Shown here one piece after another: positions 18,203 to 27,686 of a stretch of DNA of 64,000 bases; the stretch's first letter is position 1; every line of letters begins with the position of its first letter. Source of the stretch: Bacteroidales bacterium UBA6192. GTDB lineage: Bacteria > Bacteroidota > Bacteroidia > Bacteroidales > F082. The position numbers and the translations under genes were made by a program. Where the stretch lies: NCBI GenBank assembly GCA_002422725.1, contig DITE01000007.1:10957-74956 (forward strand), read 5' to 3'. Under the pieces are notes generated by a model. That model saw only the letters and a list, made by a program, of their open reading frames with translations, searched no databases and was not told where the DNA came from.

Positions 18203-18293
18203 CATCCTTTTGAAAAGCCCGGCGGCTTTGAATGCAGAAAAATCTGCGCATCAAGGTCTCTTATATGTATATTTGTGAAGCAATCCTGCAAAG

Positions 18294-21269
18294 ATGTCCG
18301 CTCTACGTTTTACATCAATCCTATTCCTTGTATTTGTGTCTGTAATATTGAAATCACAGACCCCGGTTTACAGGGTATATAACACAGACCATGGGCTTCC
18401 ATCCTCCGAGGTGTACGATATTATACAGGACAGCCTGGGTTATTTGTGGTTTACAACCGATCATGGGCTTTCGCGATTCGATGGGTATCAGTTTAAACTG
18501 TTTGACATCATCGACGGAATGCCTGAGAATGCAGCGTTTTATTTCAGAAAGGATTCCAATGGCCGAATCTGGTTCAATACGATGGTTGGGATGTTTGGCT
18601 TTATTGAACATAACAAGGTGTACTCCTATCAACACAATGATAAACTGTTATCATTCATTCAAAACAATCACATCAGATCTATCAAGTATCATAGCTATTT
18701 TATCGAAAGTGATGGTAGTATTTTGCTTAACATCAACAATTTAGGAGTATACAGAATTGATACAACAGGCTTAATAACCAAAACTGAAACTCAGGAACAA
18801 GGAGCAAGACAACGCATTCAGCTGACTGACAATGGTGGTACTTTTTTTGTCAATTCAATCAGCAGTTTGATTTCGGAAGTCGAAATCAGCTATGACAACC
18901 AGATATTTATTAATTTAATCAATCCGGCATTCGCTGAGAAACAGAGCCAATCATTTTATGTTGCACGACATAATAATGATGGTCTGGTGTATTTTAGTAT
19001 GCAGAAATCCCTCTTTTTGTTTGACAAAGGAAAATTGAAAGGTTCGGTTGAACTTGAAAATGTTGTTGTGAATTTTAACTTCGATCGCGACGGAAATGTC
19101 TGGGTAGGAACACTTTCGGGTGGAGTTTATATTTATGACCAGAATCTCAACTTATTGAAAAGACTTTTCACAAATGAGTCCATTACCTGCATGTTTCAGG
19201 ATCATGAAGGAGGGGTCTGGTTGGGCTCACTTAACAACGGCGTTTATTATGTTCCTGATGTGAAGCAAATGAACTTTACCAGCGCAGATGGTTTAGACGC
19301 TGAAAGGATTACCGATATTGTTGTTGATAAGCAGGGAGCACTTTGGTACGCCAGCAGACCCAATATGCTTGGAAAAATTACCCCGCAAGGCATTGAAAAA
19401 TACCCATTAAACCTGAATAGCGAGACTTTTATACAAAAACTGTTGACAGACAAGTTTAAGGATAAGCTATGGATAGCAACAAACATGGATCTTTATGCCC
19501 TCGAAAACGGCAACATTAATAAAGTTAAAAGGGTGTTTATCAACAAGGATGCCTCCGCTCCGGAAATCTTTTCGGTGAAAACCATGGAACAAAACCTGAA
19601 AACCGGTGATATATGGCTCGGCCATTTCCAAGGCGTTTCCAATCTCAGGCCCGATGGAATCACCACCCATATCAGTTATTTCGATAACTCCTTTCACAAC
19701 AGGGTAGAAAGCCTTGCACTTGATGACCATGGAAGATTGTATATTGGTTCATCACTCGGTCTTTATTCGCGCGAAGATGAACGCTACCATTATCTGGGCG
19801 ACAAATTTCCCCAACTCGGAAACAGGATAACTGCCCTGCTACACTGTAATGATACACTTTGGATTGGAACAAGAGGAAACGGATTATTCTTTATAGTAAA
19901 TGATAGCCTGAAAATATTTACCACTGCCCAGGGTCTGTTAAGCAATTCAATCAGTGCAGTGCATTTAACCGGGAACAATATATTAATTGGAACCAACAAG
20001 GGGCTCTCAGTTACGAACCGAAAATTAAACATTGATCATCCTGTTGTTTACAACTTTACTAAATCAACAGGATTACCAGGCAATGAAATTATCAGTCTGG
20101 CGAGCTACGGCAAAACGATTTATGTGGCAACAACAAAAGGAATTGCAGTTATGCAGGATAATTTTAATCTGCCTCATTTTTCCCTGCCTTTGTACTTTAC
20201 GTCAATGCAGGTTAATTACAAACAGGCTGATTTTACGAAACACCTGAATATTCCGTTAAGCGAAAACAATATCTCTATCGACTATTTTGCGATTTCTTTT
20301 CTCAAACAAGGCAAGCACACTTACAGGCATCGACTGACTGGCCTTGAAAAAGAATGGGTAGTTAACCAAAAAACCAATGCAACCTATCCCTATCTGCCAC
20401 CCGGAAATTATACTTTTGAATTGAGCGTGGCAGATCTGTCAGGTGATTGGAATCCCGATCCAGTGCGTTTAAGTTTTACCATTCTGAAACCATACTGGCA
20501 AAACTGGTGGTTCTATGTGCTTATTTTTGTGTTAATTGCAGGTATTATAATGTTCCTGATCAACCATCGTATTCAAACAATTCAATCCAGAAACAAGCTT
20601 ATCAATGAAATTAACCGCTACCGGCAGGAGATCCTCATCAGACAGATGAATCCACATTTTCTGTTTAACGCCTTAAATACCTTGCAACGCTTTATTCTGG
20701 AGAATGACCGGTTGGCATCAAGCCGCTATCTATCCAAGTTCGCCCGGTTGATGCGTAAATTTCTTGATGGATCACAAAAACAAACAATTAGTTTGAAAGA
20801 GGAGATTTCCACACTTTCACTTTATTTGGAACTGGAATCGGCCCGGTTTCGCAATAAGTTTACGTATGCCTTTTATACAAGTGCTGAAATTGATCCGGAC
20901 AAGGTGGGGCTTCCGGTTTACATGATACAGCCTTTGGTCGAAAATGCTATTTGGCATGGGTTCATGACCAGTAACAAAGACGGTATACTCGAAATTTCAT
21001 TCGTTGCAGACCATCAAAACGGGCTTGTTTGCAAAGTGAAAGACAATGGAATTGGTCGCGAACAGGCAAAAAATAACAAATCGATCAACGACAAAAAATC
21101 CTATGGCCTATCCATTATCCAAAAACGAATTTCACTGATCAATTTGCAGAAAAAATCACACATAACCCTATCTATCAGCGATCTTAAGGATACAACGGGC
21201 TTGGCATTGGGTACCGAAGTCACCATTACCTTCCCCGATTGGATTGATAAAAACGTGTATCAATTATGA
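18294..21269 (+). CDS. Sensor histidine kinase: periplasmic two-component-regulator propeller repeats, Y_Y_Y domain, TM helix, LytS-type kinase core
   Basis: 991 aa. It has repeats of the 'GLPSSEVYDIIQDSLGYLWFTTDHGLSRFDG' type, a Y_Y_Y-like 'HTYRHRLTGLEKEWV...YPYLPPGNYTFEL', the TM helix 'WWFYVLIFVLIAGIIMFLI', then 'MNPHFLFNALNTL' and a GHKL C-terminus. Confidence 0.85.
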   Translation: MSALRFTSILFLVFVSVILKSQTPVYRVYNTDHGLPSSEVYDIIQDSLGYLWFTTDHGLSRFDGYQFKLFDIIDGMPENAAFYFRKDSNGRIWFNTMVGMFGFIEHNKVYSYQHNDKLLSFIQNNHIRSIKYHSYFIESDGSILLNINNLGVYRIDTTGLITKTETQEQGARQRIQLTDNGGTFFVNSISSLISEVEISYDNQIFINLINPAFAEKQSQSFYVARHNNDGLVYFSMQKSLFLFDKGKLKGSVELENVVVNFNFDRDGNVWVGTLSGGVYIYDQNLNLLKRLFTNESITCMFQDHEGGVWLGSLNNGVYYVPDVKQMNFTSADGLDAERITDIVVDKQGALWYASRPNMLGKITPQGIEKYPLNLNSETFIQKLLTDKFKDKLWIATNMDLYALENGNINKVKRVFINKDASAPEIFSVKTMEQNLKTGDIWLGHFQGVSNLRPDGITTHISYFDNSFHNRVESLALDDHGRLYIGSSLGLYSREDERYHYLGDKFPQLGNRITALLHCNDTLWIGTRGNGLFFIVNDSLKIFTTAQGLLSNSISAVHLTGNNILIGTNKGLSVTNRKLNIDHPVVYNFTKSTGLPGNEIISLASYGKTIYVATTKGIAVMQDNFNLPHFSLPLYFTSMQVNYKQADFTKHLNIPLSENNISIDYFAISFLKQGKHTYRHRLTGLEKEWVVNQKTNATYPYLPPGNYTFELSVADLSGDWNPDPVRLSFTILKPYWQNWWFYVLIFVLIAGIIMFLINHRIQTIQSRNKLINEINRYRQEILIRQMNPHFLFNALNTLQRFILENDRLASSRYLSKFARLMRKFLDGSQKQTISLKEEISTLSLYLELESARFRNKFTYAFYTSAEIDPDKVGLPVYMIQPLVENAIWHGFMTSNKDGILEISFVADHQNGLVCKVKDNGIGREQAKNNKSINDKKSYGLSIIQKRISLINLQKKSHITLSISDLKDTTGLALGTEVTITFPDWIDKNVYQL

Positions 21270-21670
21270 AACTAAAAACTATTATTATTGATGATGAGCC
21301 CGATGCAATCATATCAATCGAGCTGTTAATTAAGGAATTCTGCCCCGATCTGACAGTCGTTGGCAAAGCTAACCTGATTGACGATGCCTGGGACCTCATC
21401 AAAAGTCTTCAGCCAGACCTGGTTTTTCTGGATATTGAGATGCCTCGTGGTGATGGATTCGACCTGCTCGAAAGATTCCCCATTCGCAAATTCGATGTGA
21501 TCTTTATTACTGCCCATTCCAACTTAAGAGATAAAGCAGCAAAATATGAATCGTTTTGCATTCTTGAGAAACCTGTTGATATTGATGTTTTTCAACAAAT
21601 CGTCAGAAATCTGGTAGAATATAGAAAAAACAATCCCGGAAAGCTTTACAAAAGATTATCTGGAGTGTAA
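21266..21670 (+). CDS. Response regulator, receiver domain only (no LytTR output domain)
   Basis: 134 aa. 'KTIIIDDEPD...LVFLDIEMPRGDGFDLL...VIFITAH'. An ATGA start/stop overlap couples it to the kinase gene. Confidence 0.8.
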   Translation: MKLKTIIIDDEPDAIISIELLIKEFCPDLTVVGKANLIDDAWDLIKSLQPDLVFLDIEMPRGDGFDLLERFPIRKFDVIFITAHSNLRDKAAKYESFCILEKPVDIDVFQQIVRNLVEYRKNNPGKLYKRLSGV

Positions 21671-21681
21671 ATTCATCATCA

Positions 21682-21963
21682 CTATTTGTAGAGGCACAAA
21701 TAAGCTGATTCCCGGGGAATTTTCAACTTGAAAGTAATGCCTTTGGGAACAATAAATGTTTCAAAAGGCAAATAGCTTTTCCAAACATTGTCTTCAGGTT
21801 GCATCACTTCCATTTTGCCTGAAACAACAGTCATATGCTCAATGCTTGATGTTCCAAACTCGTATTCACCAGCTGCCATAACGCCAACAGTTGCCGGACC
21901 ATCAGGGGTTTCAAAAGAGATAGATTTAACTTTGCCGTCGAAGTATTCGTTTGTTTTAAACAT
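21682..21963 (-). CDS. ppnP: Pyrimidine/purine nucleoside phosphorylase PpnP (YaiE/DUF1255 family)
   Basis: 93 aa. 'NEYFDGKVKSISF...GVMAAGEYEFGTS..EHMTVVSG...YLCLYK' is collinear with E. coli PpnP as I remember it. Confidence 0.8.
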   Translation of the reverse strand: MFKTNEYFDGKVKSISFETPDGPATVGVMAAGEYEFGTSSIEHMTVVSGKMEVMQPEDNVWKSYLPFETFIVPKGITFKLKIPRESAYLCLYK

Positions 21964-21992
21964 GGTATTTTTTTTAGGTTGATAATCTGCTT

Positions 21993-23417
21993 TTAGTTGG
22001 ATTCATTTTTATACCCGAACAATTTTCTTTCTTTGATACGTTGTGCGATGTATTTGGGCACAAGCTTTTCCCAATCAGGATTCTGATCCTGGATGCGATC
22101 AAGCACCATATGTGAGTATATGTTCAGAAACTTTTGATTGACATTGGGTATATCCAGTATCTTACGACTCCCGATCAGGTAACGCAATAAATGATCCGTT
22201 TGGTCTTTCAGTCTGAGTTGAGAAAGAGTGAGCATCTTATTACCATTTTCAACCCATGAAGGATAAATGTACATTTTCATGTTGGCAGGAAAAAGTTTGC
22301 CAAGTGCAAAAACCAATCCACCTTTCAGGTCAGTGTAATAGGATTCGTCCATCACCTTTTCAAAAGTCTGGATTCCAATAATCACCCTAAGTTTTATTAT
22401 TCTGAATTGCGACATATAATCCACAAGTTTATAAAACTCGCGGAAATTGGAAACCATTACATTTTGCCCTATTTCGTTAAGCAGGTCAACGCGGTCGAGA
22501 AAATCATGCTCATCAAACTCGCCCGATTCAAGCAAATTATTCAGCGTTATTTCGCATAAAGGCAATGTATTGTGCTTATCGTAATCCTCATCGTTTTTAA
22601 AAAGGGAGTAACTCGATTTCAGAATATCGATGCCAGCGTAAGTTATTGGCCTGAAGCTTCCCCTGAAAACCAGAACATTTTTCTTGTAAAACATATCATC
22701 GGGCTCCTGCACATCACCATAACGGTCGAACATAATGGCTTTTGTCATATCGTTTTTCACAAGCTGAACACCAAGCAGGCGGTTATCGACATAAGATAAA
22801 TCGGGGCCACTCATATGAATCATGGTAATTCCTACGCGGTCAATATTCAGGTTGTCGAGCAGGCTTTGCAAAAAAGCATTGGGCCGGTCCCAAAAATAAA
22901 AGCAGGCATAAAGCAAATTGACCCCAAGTATACCCAGGGTATTTTGTTGAAGCAAATTATCATTTTCATACAGCCTCACGTGCACAATCACCTGATTGGG
23001 TGCTGCATTCTCGTTCAGCTGAAATTTAACTCCCATCCAGCCATGACAGTTGTTGTCTTTACGGAAATTCAATGTTGAAACAGTGTCAGCAAAGGCAAAA
23101 AAACGTGTTCCGGAAAGTTTTGATTCATCGAGCAAAGCAATAAGCTCATTAAACTCAGTATTTAACATCATTTCAAGCCTTTCGCGCGAAACATAACGTT
23201 TCGAACTCTTGTCCTTACAATAAAGGGCATCGCTATAGCGCTTGTCGTAGGCTGATATCGACTTGGCAATCGTGCCGGATGCACCACCTGACTGGAAAAA
23301 CCTGCGTACAACCTCCTGCCCTCCGCCAATCTCTGCAAAACTTCCAAAGATGCTGTTATCGAGGTTTATGGTTAATGCCTTGCGGCTAACGGGAAGGACT
23401 TCGCGAATGGGGATCAT
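21993..23417 (-). CDS. Conserved-looking hypothetical protein (function unknown)
   Basis: 474-aa uninterrupted ORF with no signal peptide. 'FAEIGGGQEVVRRFFQSGGASGTIAKSISAYDKRYSD' sits near the N-terminus. I cannot assign a family. Confidence 0.5.
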   Translation of the reverse strand: MIPIREVLPVSRKALTINLDNSIFGSFAEIGGGQEVVRRFFQSGGASGTIAKSISAYDKRYSDALYCKDKSSKRYVSRERLEMMLNTEFNELIALLDESKLSGTRFFAFADTVSTLNFRKDNNCHGWMGVKFQLNENAAPNQVIVHVRLYENDNLLQQNTLGILGVNLLYACFYFWDRPNAFLQSLLDNLNIDRVGITMIHMSGPDLSYVDNRLLGVQLVKNDMTKAIMFDRYGDVQEPDDMFYKKNVLVFRGSFRPITYAGIDILKSSYSLFKNDEDYDKHNTLPLCEITLNNLLESGEFDEHDFLDRVDLLNEIGQNVMVSNFREFYKLVDYMSQFRIIKLRVIIGIQTFEKVMDESYYTDLKGGLVFALGKLFPANMKMYIYPSWVENGNKMLTLSQLRLKDQTDHLLRYLIGSRKILDIPNVNQKFLNIYSHMVLDRIQDQNPDWEKLVPKYIAQRIKERKLFGYKNESN

Positions 23418-23506
23418 GCAAAACCAGGTATTGCTTTGTGGGGCAAAGATACATGATTTAGGTTGTAATTTGAAGCCTGCCTGTCAGCAGCCCGAAAAAG
23501 TCATTG

Positions 23507-24760
23507 TCAGTTTATAACAACACTTTGCCTATACACACCATGCTTTGTAATCATTTCGAAAATATACACAGCAGGTGGAAAAGGCACATGAATCGTCAAT
23601 AATTCACCTTGGTGTTCAACTCTACAATTCCACAAACGGCCATCCATGCCTATCAAACGCACGGCAAGCGGCGCAGTTTTTGTATTGTAATACAGGTAAT
23701 CTCCATGCGATGGGTTGGGAAACAATCCAGTTAACGAACCGGATAAATCAACCTCAGGCAAGTTTAGAAAGATTCCACAAGCCTCCAGTTTCAACTTGCT
23801 TTGCTGGCGGTATTCCCCAAGGCTTTGAAATACTGCATCGCCCGGGCAGAGTGTGGAGCAGCCATCGCGGTGGCCGGCCAGCACACCAAGGTGCTCATTG
23901 AGTGGATGTTGGTGCGTGGCTAAAGGAGGCAATGAATCCTTGGCCATTTTCCAGACAAGAAGTTCTGTGAGCGATTGAATCGCATCCGTTGTTGGTGGCT
24001 GATCCATAAAGGTACCTAACAGACAAATTCCCATGGTTCCCGTGTTCGATGCACAAAAATGCGCCCCAAGCACCTCATCCGTTTCCATGCCAGTGCCGGG
24101 ATCACGACCTGCATAAATAGTTCCGTCGGGAGCTACCAGATAATTATAGCCGATGTCGGACCAACCATTCACCTGTGTGTGATATGTGTAGATGCTCCTG
24201 ACCAGGTTCGTGTAATCAGTGATTGTGTTTGACGTAGCTGAATGGTGCAGAATAATATTGTTTACGGTGTTGAATATCCGATCATAAACAGGTTCGGGCA
24301 ACCCGCTTCTCCAGTCTTCCTGACTGATCATTTCCGGTTGACCGCAGTCGGTACGGAGGCTAACTGCAGCTTTATGTTTTAGGGTTTCGGGCAGTGATAT
24401 CAAAAAGATTTCAACTTTTATTCCCCGCTTCAATCCATTCATCTCGATGCGGTACACCGGCTTATCAAATACGATCAAATTGCTTTGAACAACTGTACCT
24501 GTTTGCAAAACATGTTCGTCTCTACTAAGTGAATAAGACCCATTAGATGTTATAATTTCTATCTGACCCAAGCTACTCTCATCAGCTTTAATTGACATGG
24601 CATTTACAGCCAGCTCTGACCGATGGATCCAGGCGTTTCCATCCGCATCAATCGCCAGACTTTTTACATGCTGGGCAAATGTCATGGTTGGTATCAGGAG
24701 CATACCTAACAGTGAAATAAACCATTTACTCGCTTGAAAAAATTGTATATAATTCATCAT
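23507..24760 (-). CDS. N-acetylmuramoyl-L-alanine amidase (Amidase_2/PGRP type) with T9SS C-terminal sorting domain
   Basis: 'IILHHSATSN', 'GWSDIGYNYLVAPDGTIYAGRD', 'GAHFCASNTGTMGICLLGTF', 'LAGHRD...CPG'. C-terminal 'LFPNPSHGDYLYY...VYIFEM'. I prefer the ATG at 24760 (MMNYIQFF..., signal peptide). Confidence 0.75.
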   Translation of the reverse strand: MMNYIQFFQASKWFISLLGMLLIPTMTFAQHVKSLAIDADGNAWIHRSELAVNAMSIKADESSLGQIEIITSNGSYSLSRDEHVLQTGTVVQSNLIVFDKPVYRIEMNGLKRGIKVEIFLISLPETLKHKAAVSLRTDCGQPEMISQEDWRSGLPEPVYDRIFNTVNNIILHHSATSNTITDYTNLVRSIYTYHTQVNGWSDIGYNYLVAPDGTIYAGRDPGTGMETDEVLGAHFCASNTGTMGICLLGTFMDQPPTTDAIQSLTELLVWKMAKDSLPPLATHQHPLNEHLGVLAGHRDGCSTLCPGDAVFQSLGEYRQQSKLKLEACGIFLNLPEVDLSGSLTGLFPNPSHGDYLYYNTKTAPLAVRLIGMDGRLWNCRVEHQGELLTIHVPFPPAVYIFEMITKHGVYRQSVVIN

Positions 24761-25026
24761 TTGCTGCTTTTTCCGATGGTAAAAGTAGTCATAAGGCAGC
24801 TTCAACCTCAAAAAGACAATTTACCTTGACAATTAACGCTATCGGATTTGCCCCATACCGGAATTCATTCTCATGCTTATTTTTATTGTTTCATTGTTGA
24901 CAGTAAGTATAATGTCAGAAATACGTAAGATGAACGTTTGGGATAAAATCGGGAGGCGGCAAAAAGTGGTCTTCGTTGGCAATTCGATTTTTCGTTTCTT
25001 TGCAGTGTTTTTCAGTCTTTTGAATT

Positions 25027-26511
25027 ATGACAAGCCTCTACACCGACCAGAAACTGTTTGTTTATAATACGCTCAGCCGTAGCAAAGAAGTTTTTCAACC
25101 GCTTAATCCACCCCTTATCGGAATGTATGTTTGCGGTCCGACAGTTTATGGCGATGCACACCTGGGTCATGCCCGCCCGGCAATAACATTCGATCTGGTT
25201 TATCGCTACCTTGTTCATCTGGGCTATAAGGTGCGTTATGTGCGTAACATTACTGATGTTGGGCATCTGGAAAACGATTCCGATGAAGGCGAAGATAAGA
25301 TTGCACAGAAAGCAAGGCTGGAGCAAGTTGAACCAATGGAAATTGTTCAACAGTACACCGTGCGATATCACCGAAATATGGATCAGCTGAATGTGTTGCG
25401 CCCCTCTATTGAGCCGCACGCCTCCGGACATATTATCGAACAGATCGAAATGATCAAAAAAATTCTTGAATCTGGTTTCGCTTATGAGGTGAACGGTTCA
25501 GTTTATTTTGATGTGGAAAAGTATAATAGTAACCATCATTATGGTGTGCTATCGGGCCGGAAAATAGAGGATTTACTCAGCAACACACGTGTTTTGGCAG
25601 CTCAGGTTGAAAAGCGCAGCGGACTGGATTTTGCTCTCTGGAAAAAAGCGGAGGCATCACATATCATGCGCTGGCCATCGCCCTGGAGCGACGGATTCCC
25701 CGGCTGGCATATGGAATGCTCGGCAATGGGTTGCAAATATCTGGGCGATCAGTTCGACATTCACGGAGGTGGCATGGATTTGCTCTTCCCACACCACGAA
25801 TCAGAAATCGCCCAGTCGACCATTGTCAATGGAAAAGCTCCTGTGCGTTATTGGATGCACAATAACATGATAACCATCAACGGGCAAAAAATGGGCAAGT
25901 CGCTTGGTAATGCCATGTCGCTCGACGACTTGTTTACCGGCAACCATCCTCTGCTCGAAAAGGCATACAGCCCGATGACCATACGCTTTTTCATCCTTCA
26001 GGCACAATACCGAAGCACCCTCGACTTTTCGAACGAAGCCCTGCAGGCTGCCGAAAAAGGCATGAAGAAACTCCTTGTTGCCGCTGAAAGTTTGCAACAA
26101 TTAAAAGCCGTAACAGATACCCAATCGCTCGGCATAAACAGCATTTTTACAGCCTGTTACGAAGCCATGAACGACGATTTCAACAGTCCGGTTGTTATAG
26201 CCAACCTGTTCGAGGCTGTTCGCATTATCAATTCAGCAAAAGATGGCCTGGCAGCAATAAACCAGCAAGATCTGGATCAGTTACAACAATTGTTCAAGGT
26301 GTTTGTATTTGACATTCTTGGGCTGATTGCCGAAGGAAGTAGCAGCAACCATGCCATTGTCGACGGACTGATGCAAACCATTATTCAACTCAGGCAGGAT
26401 GCCCGTGCGAGAAAAGACTACGCCACCAGCGACATCATCCGCGATAAACTCAACAATCTCAGCATTGTGCTCAAAGACGGAAAAGAAGGAACAAGTTGGG
26501 AACTGAAATAA
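25027..26511 (+). CDS. cysS: Cysteine--tRNA ligase
   Basis: 494 aa. Class I signatures 'GDAHLGHAR' (HIGH) and 'KMGKSLGN' (KMSKS), plus 'GWHMECSAM'. Confidence 0.92.
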   Translation: MTSLYTDQKLFVYNTLSRSKEVFQPLNPPLIGMYVCGPTVYGDAHLGHARPAITFDLVYRYLVHLGYKVRYVRNITDVGHLENDSDEGEDKIAQKARLEQVEPMEIVQQYTVRYHRNMDQLNVLRPSIEPHASGHIIEQIEMIKKILESGFAYEVNGSVYFDVEKYNSNHHYGVLSGRKIEDLLSNTRVLAAQVEKRSGLDFALWKKAEASHIMRWPSPWSDGFPGWHMECSAMGCKYLGDQFDIHGGGMDLLFPHHESEIAQSTIVNGKAPVRYWMHNNMITINGQKMGKSLGNAMSLDDLFTGNHPLLEKAYSPMTIRFFILQAQYRSTLDFSNEALQAAEKGMKKLLVAAESLQQLKAVTDTQSLGINSIFTACYEAMNDDFNSPVVIANLFEAVRIINSAKDGLAAINQQDLDQLQQLFKVFVFDILGLIAEGSSSNHAIVDGLMQTIIQLRQDARARKDYATSDIIRDKLNNLSIVLKDGKEGTSWELK

Positions 26512-26697
26512 GATTGGGTTTAGAATTAATTTTACACCACTAATTTTTCCAATTCCCTCTACCACTTTTCGCCTGTAGTTTCGCCACTGTCATGAGCATC
26601 TTCCAATAAATTATTGTTATCTGATCATTGGCGCACCATATTGCACTCATTGTCCGAACTTTTTACATGGCCGCTTGTTTAAAACCAAAGACCGGAT

Positions 26698-27399
26698 ATG
26701 AAACAAATACTAATCGTTGGTGCTGGTTCTGGAATCGGATTCGCACTAGTTAACCACTTGCATAAAGAAAATCACAGACTTTTCGTAATCACCCGCCAAG
26801 CCGAAAAACTTAGCCACTTGAGTGGTATCAGTTTTGTTGACCCTGATTTTATGAACGAAAACTGGTTCGCCGACGGTTTGCCCGACAGGCTTGACGGGCT
26901 GGTGTATTGTCCGGGTACAATCAACCTGAAGCCGATCCGTGGTCTAAAACTGGCCGACTTCCGAAACGATTTTGAAGTAAACGTTGTAGGTGCAGTAAAA
27001 GTCGTTCAGGCTGCTTACAAAGCACTTAAAGCATCTGATTCGGCCTCTGTTGTGCTTTTTAGTACGGTCGCCGTGTCGCAGGGAATGCCATTTCACAGTT
27101 CGGTTGCAGCAGCAAAAGGGGCAGTTGAGGGTCTTGCCCGGTCGTTGGCTGCCGAACTTGCTCCCACAATCAGGGTGAATGTTGTGGCCCCCTCACTTAC
27201 CAATACACCATTGGCAGTCAGGTTGTTGTCGTCAGACGAAAAAATTGAAGCTTCTGCCAAAAAACATCCCTTACAGCGTATCGGCATGCCGGATGACATA
27301 GCAAATGCTGTTGTCTTTTTACTTGGTGACGGTTCATCATGGGTCACTGGTCAGGTTTTGGCGGTAGATGGCGGATTGTCGACTCTGAAAATTGGATGA
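26698..27399 (+). CDS. SDR-family oxidoreductase
   Basis: 233 aa. 'IVGAGSGIGFAL' is a TGxxxGxG-like motif, followed by 'SSVAAAKGAVEGLARSLA' (YxxxK position altered) and 'VNVVAPSLTNTPL'. Confidence 0.75.
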   Translation: MKQILIVGAGSGIGFALVNHLHKENHRLFVITRQAEKLSHLSGISFVDPDFMNENWFADGLPDRLDGLVYCPGTINLKPIRGLKLADFRNDFEVNVVGAVKVVQAAYKALKASDSASVVLFSTVAVSQGMPFHSSVAAAKGAVEGLARSLAAELAPTIRVNVVAPSLTNTPLAVRLLSSDEKIEASAKKHPLQRIGMPDDIANAVVFLLGDGSSWVTGQVLAVDGGLSTLKIG

Positions 27400-27644
27400 T
27401 GACATCTCTCAGACATATTGATCGTGATGCGATTGCCACCATGGAGAAGGGATACCGGACCAACTTCATCAATTCCCTTTCCGGTTTTAAAAGCCTGAAC
27501 ATGGTTGGCACGATCAATCCGGAAGGAAAAACCAATCTTGCTGTTTTTTCACAGGTTTTTCACCTGGGCGCCAATCCTGCACTCATGGGAATGATCGTAA
27601 GGCCCGACTCAGTGCCCAGGCATACACTAACCAACATGTTGTAA
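27396..27644 (+). pseudogene. N-terminal fragment of a flavin-reductase-like protein (apparently truncated)
   Basis: The ATG at 27396 overlaps the SDR stop (ATGA). The 82-aa product 'MMTSLRHIDRDAIATMEKGYRTNFINSLSGFKSLNMVGT...' resembles the start of flavin reductase family proteins, which are usually several-fold longer. It stops at 27644, just before the AT-rich block. Confidence 0.45.
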
Positions 27645-27686
27645 ACAGGGCAGATTGAAAATATGCATGCAGACATGAAATCATAA

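Noticed and set aside
24873-25067. 64-aa ORF upstream of and overlapping the cysS start, considered as a leader peptide
   Set aside because: It overlaps the cysS start in another frame, it is not Cys-rich, and it has no attenuator-like hairpins. It is most likely spurious.
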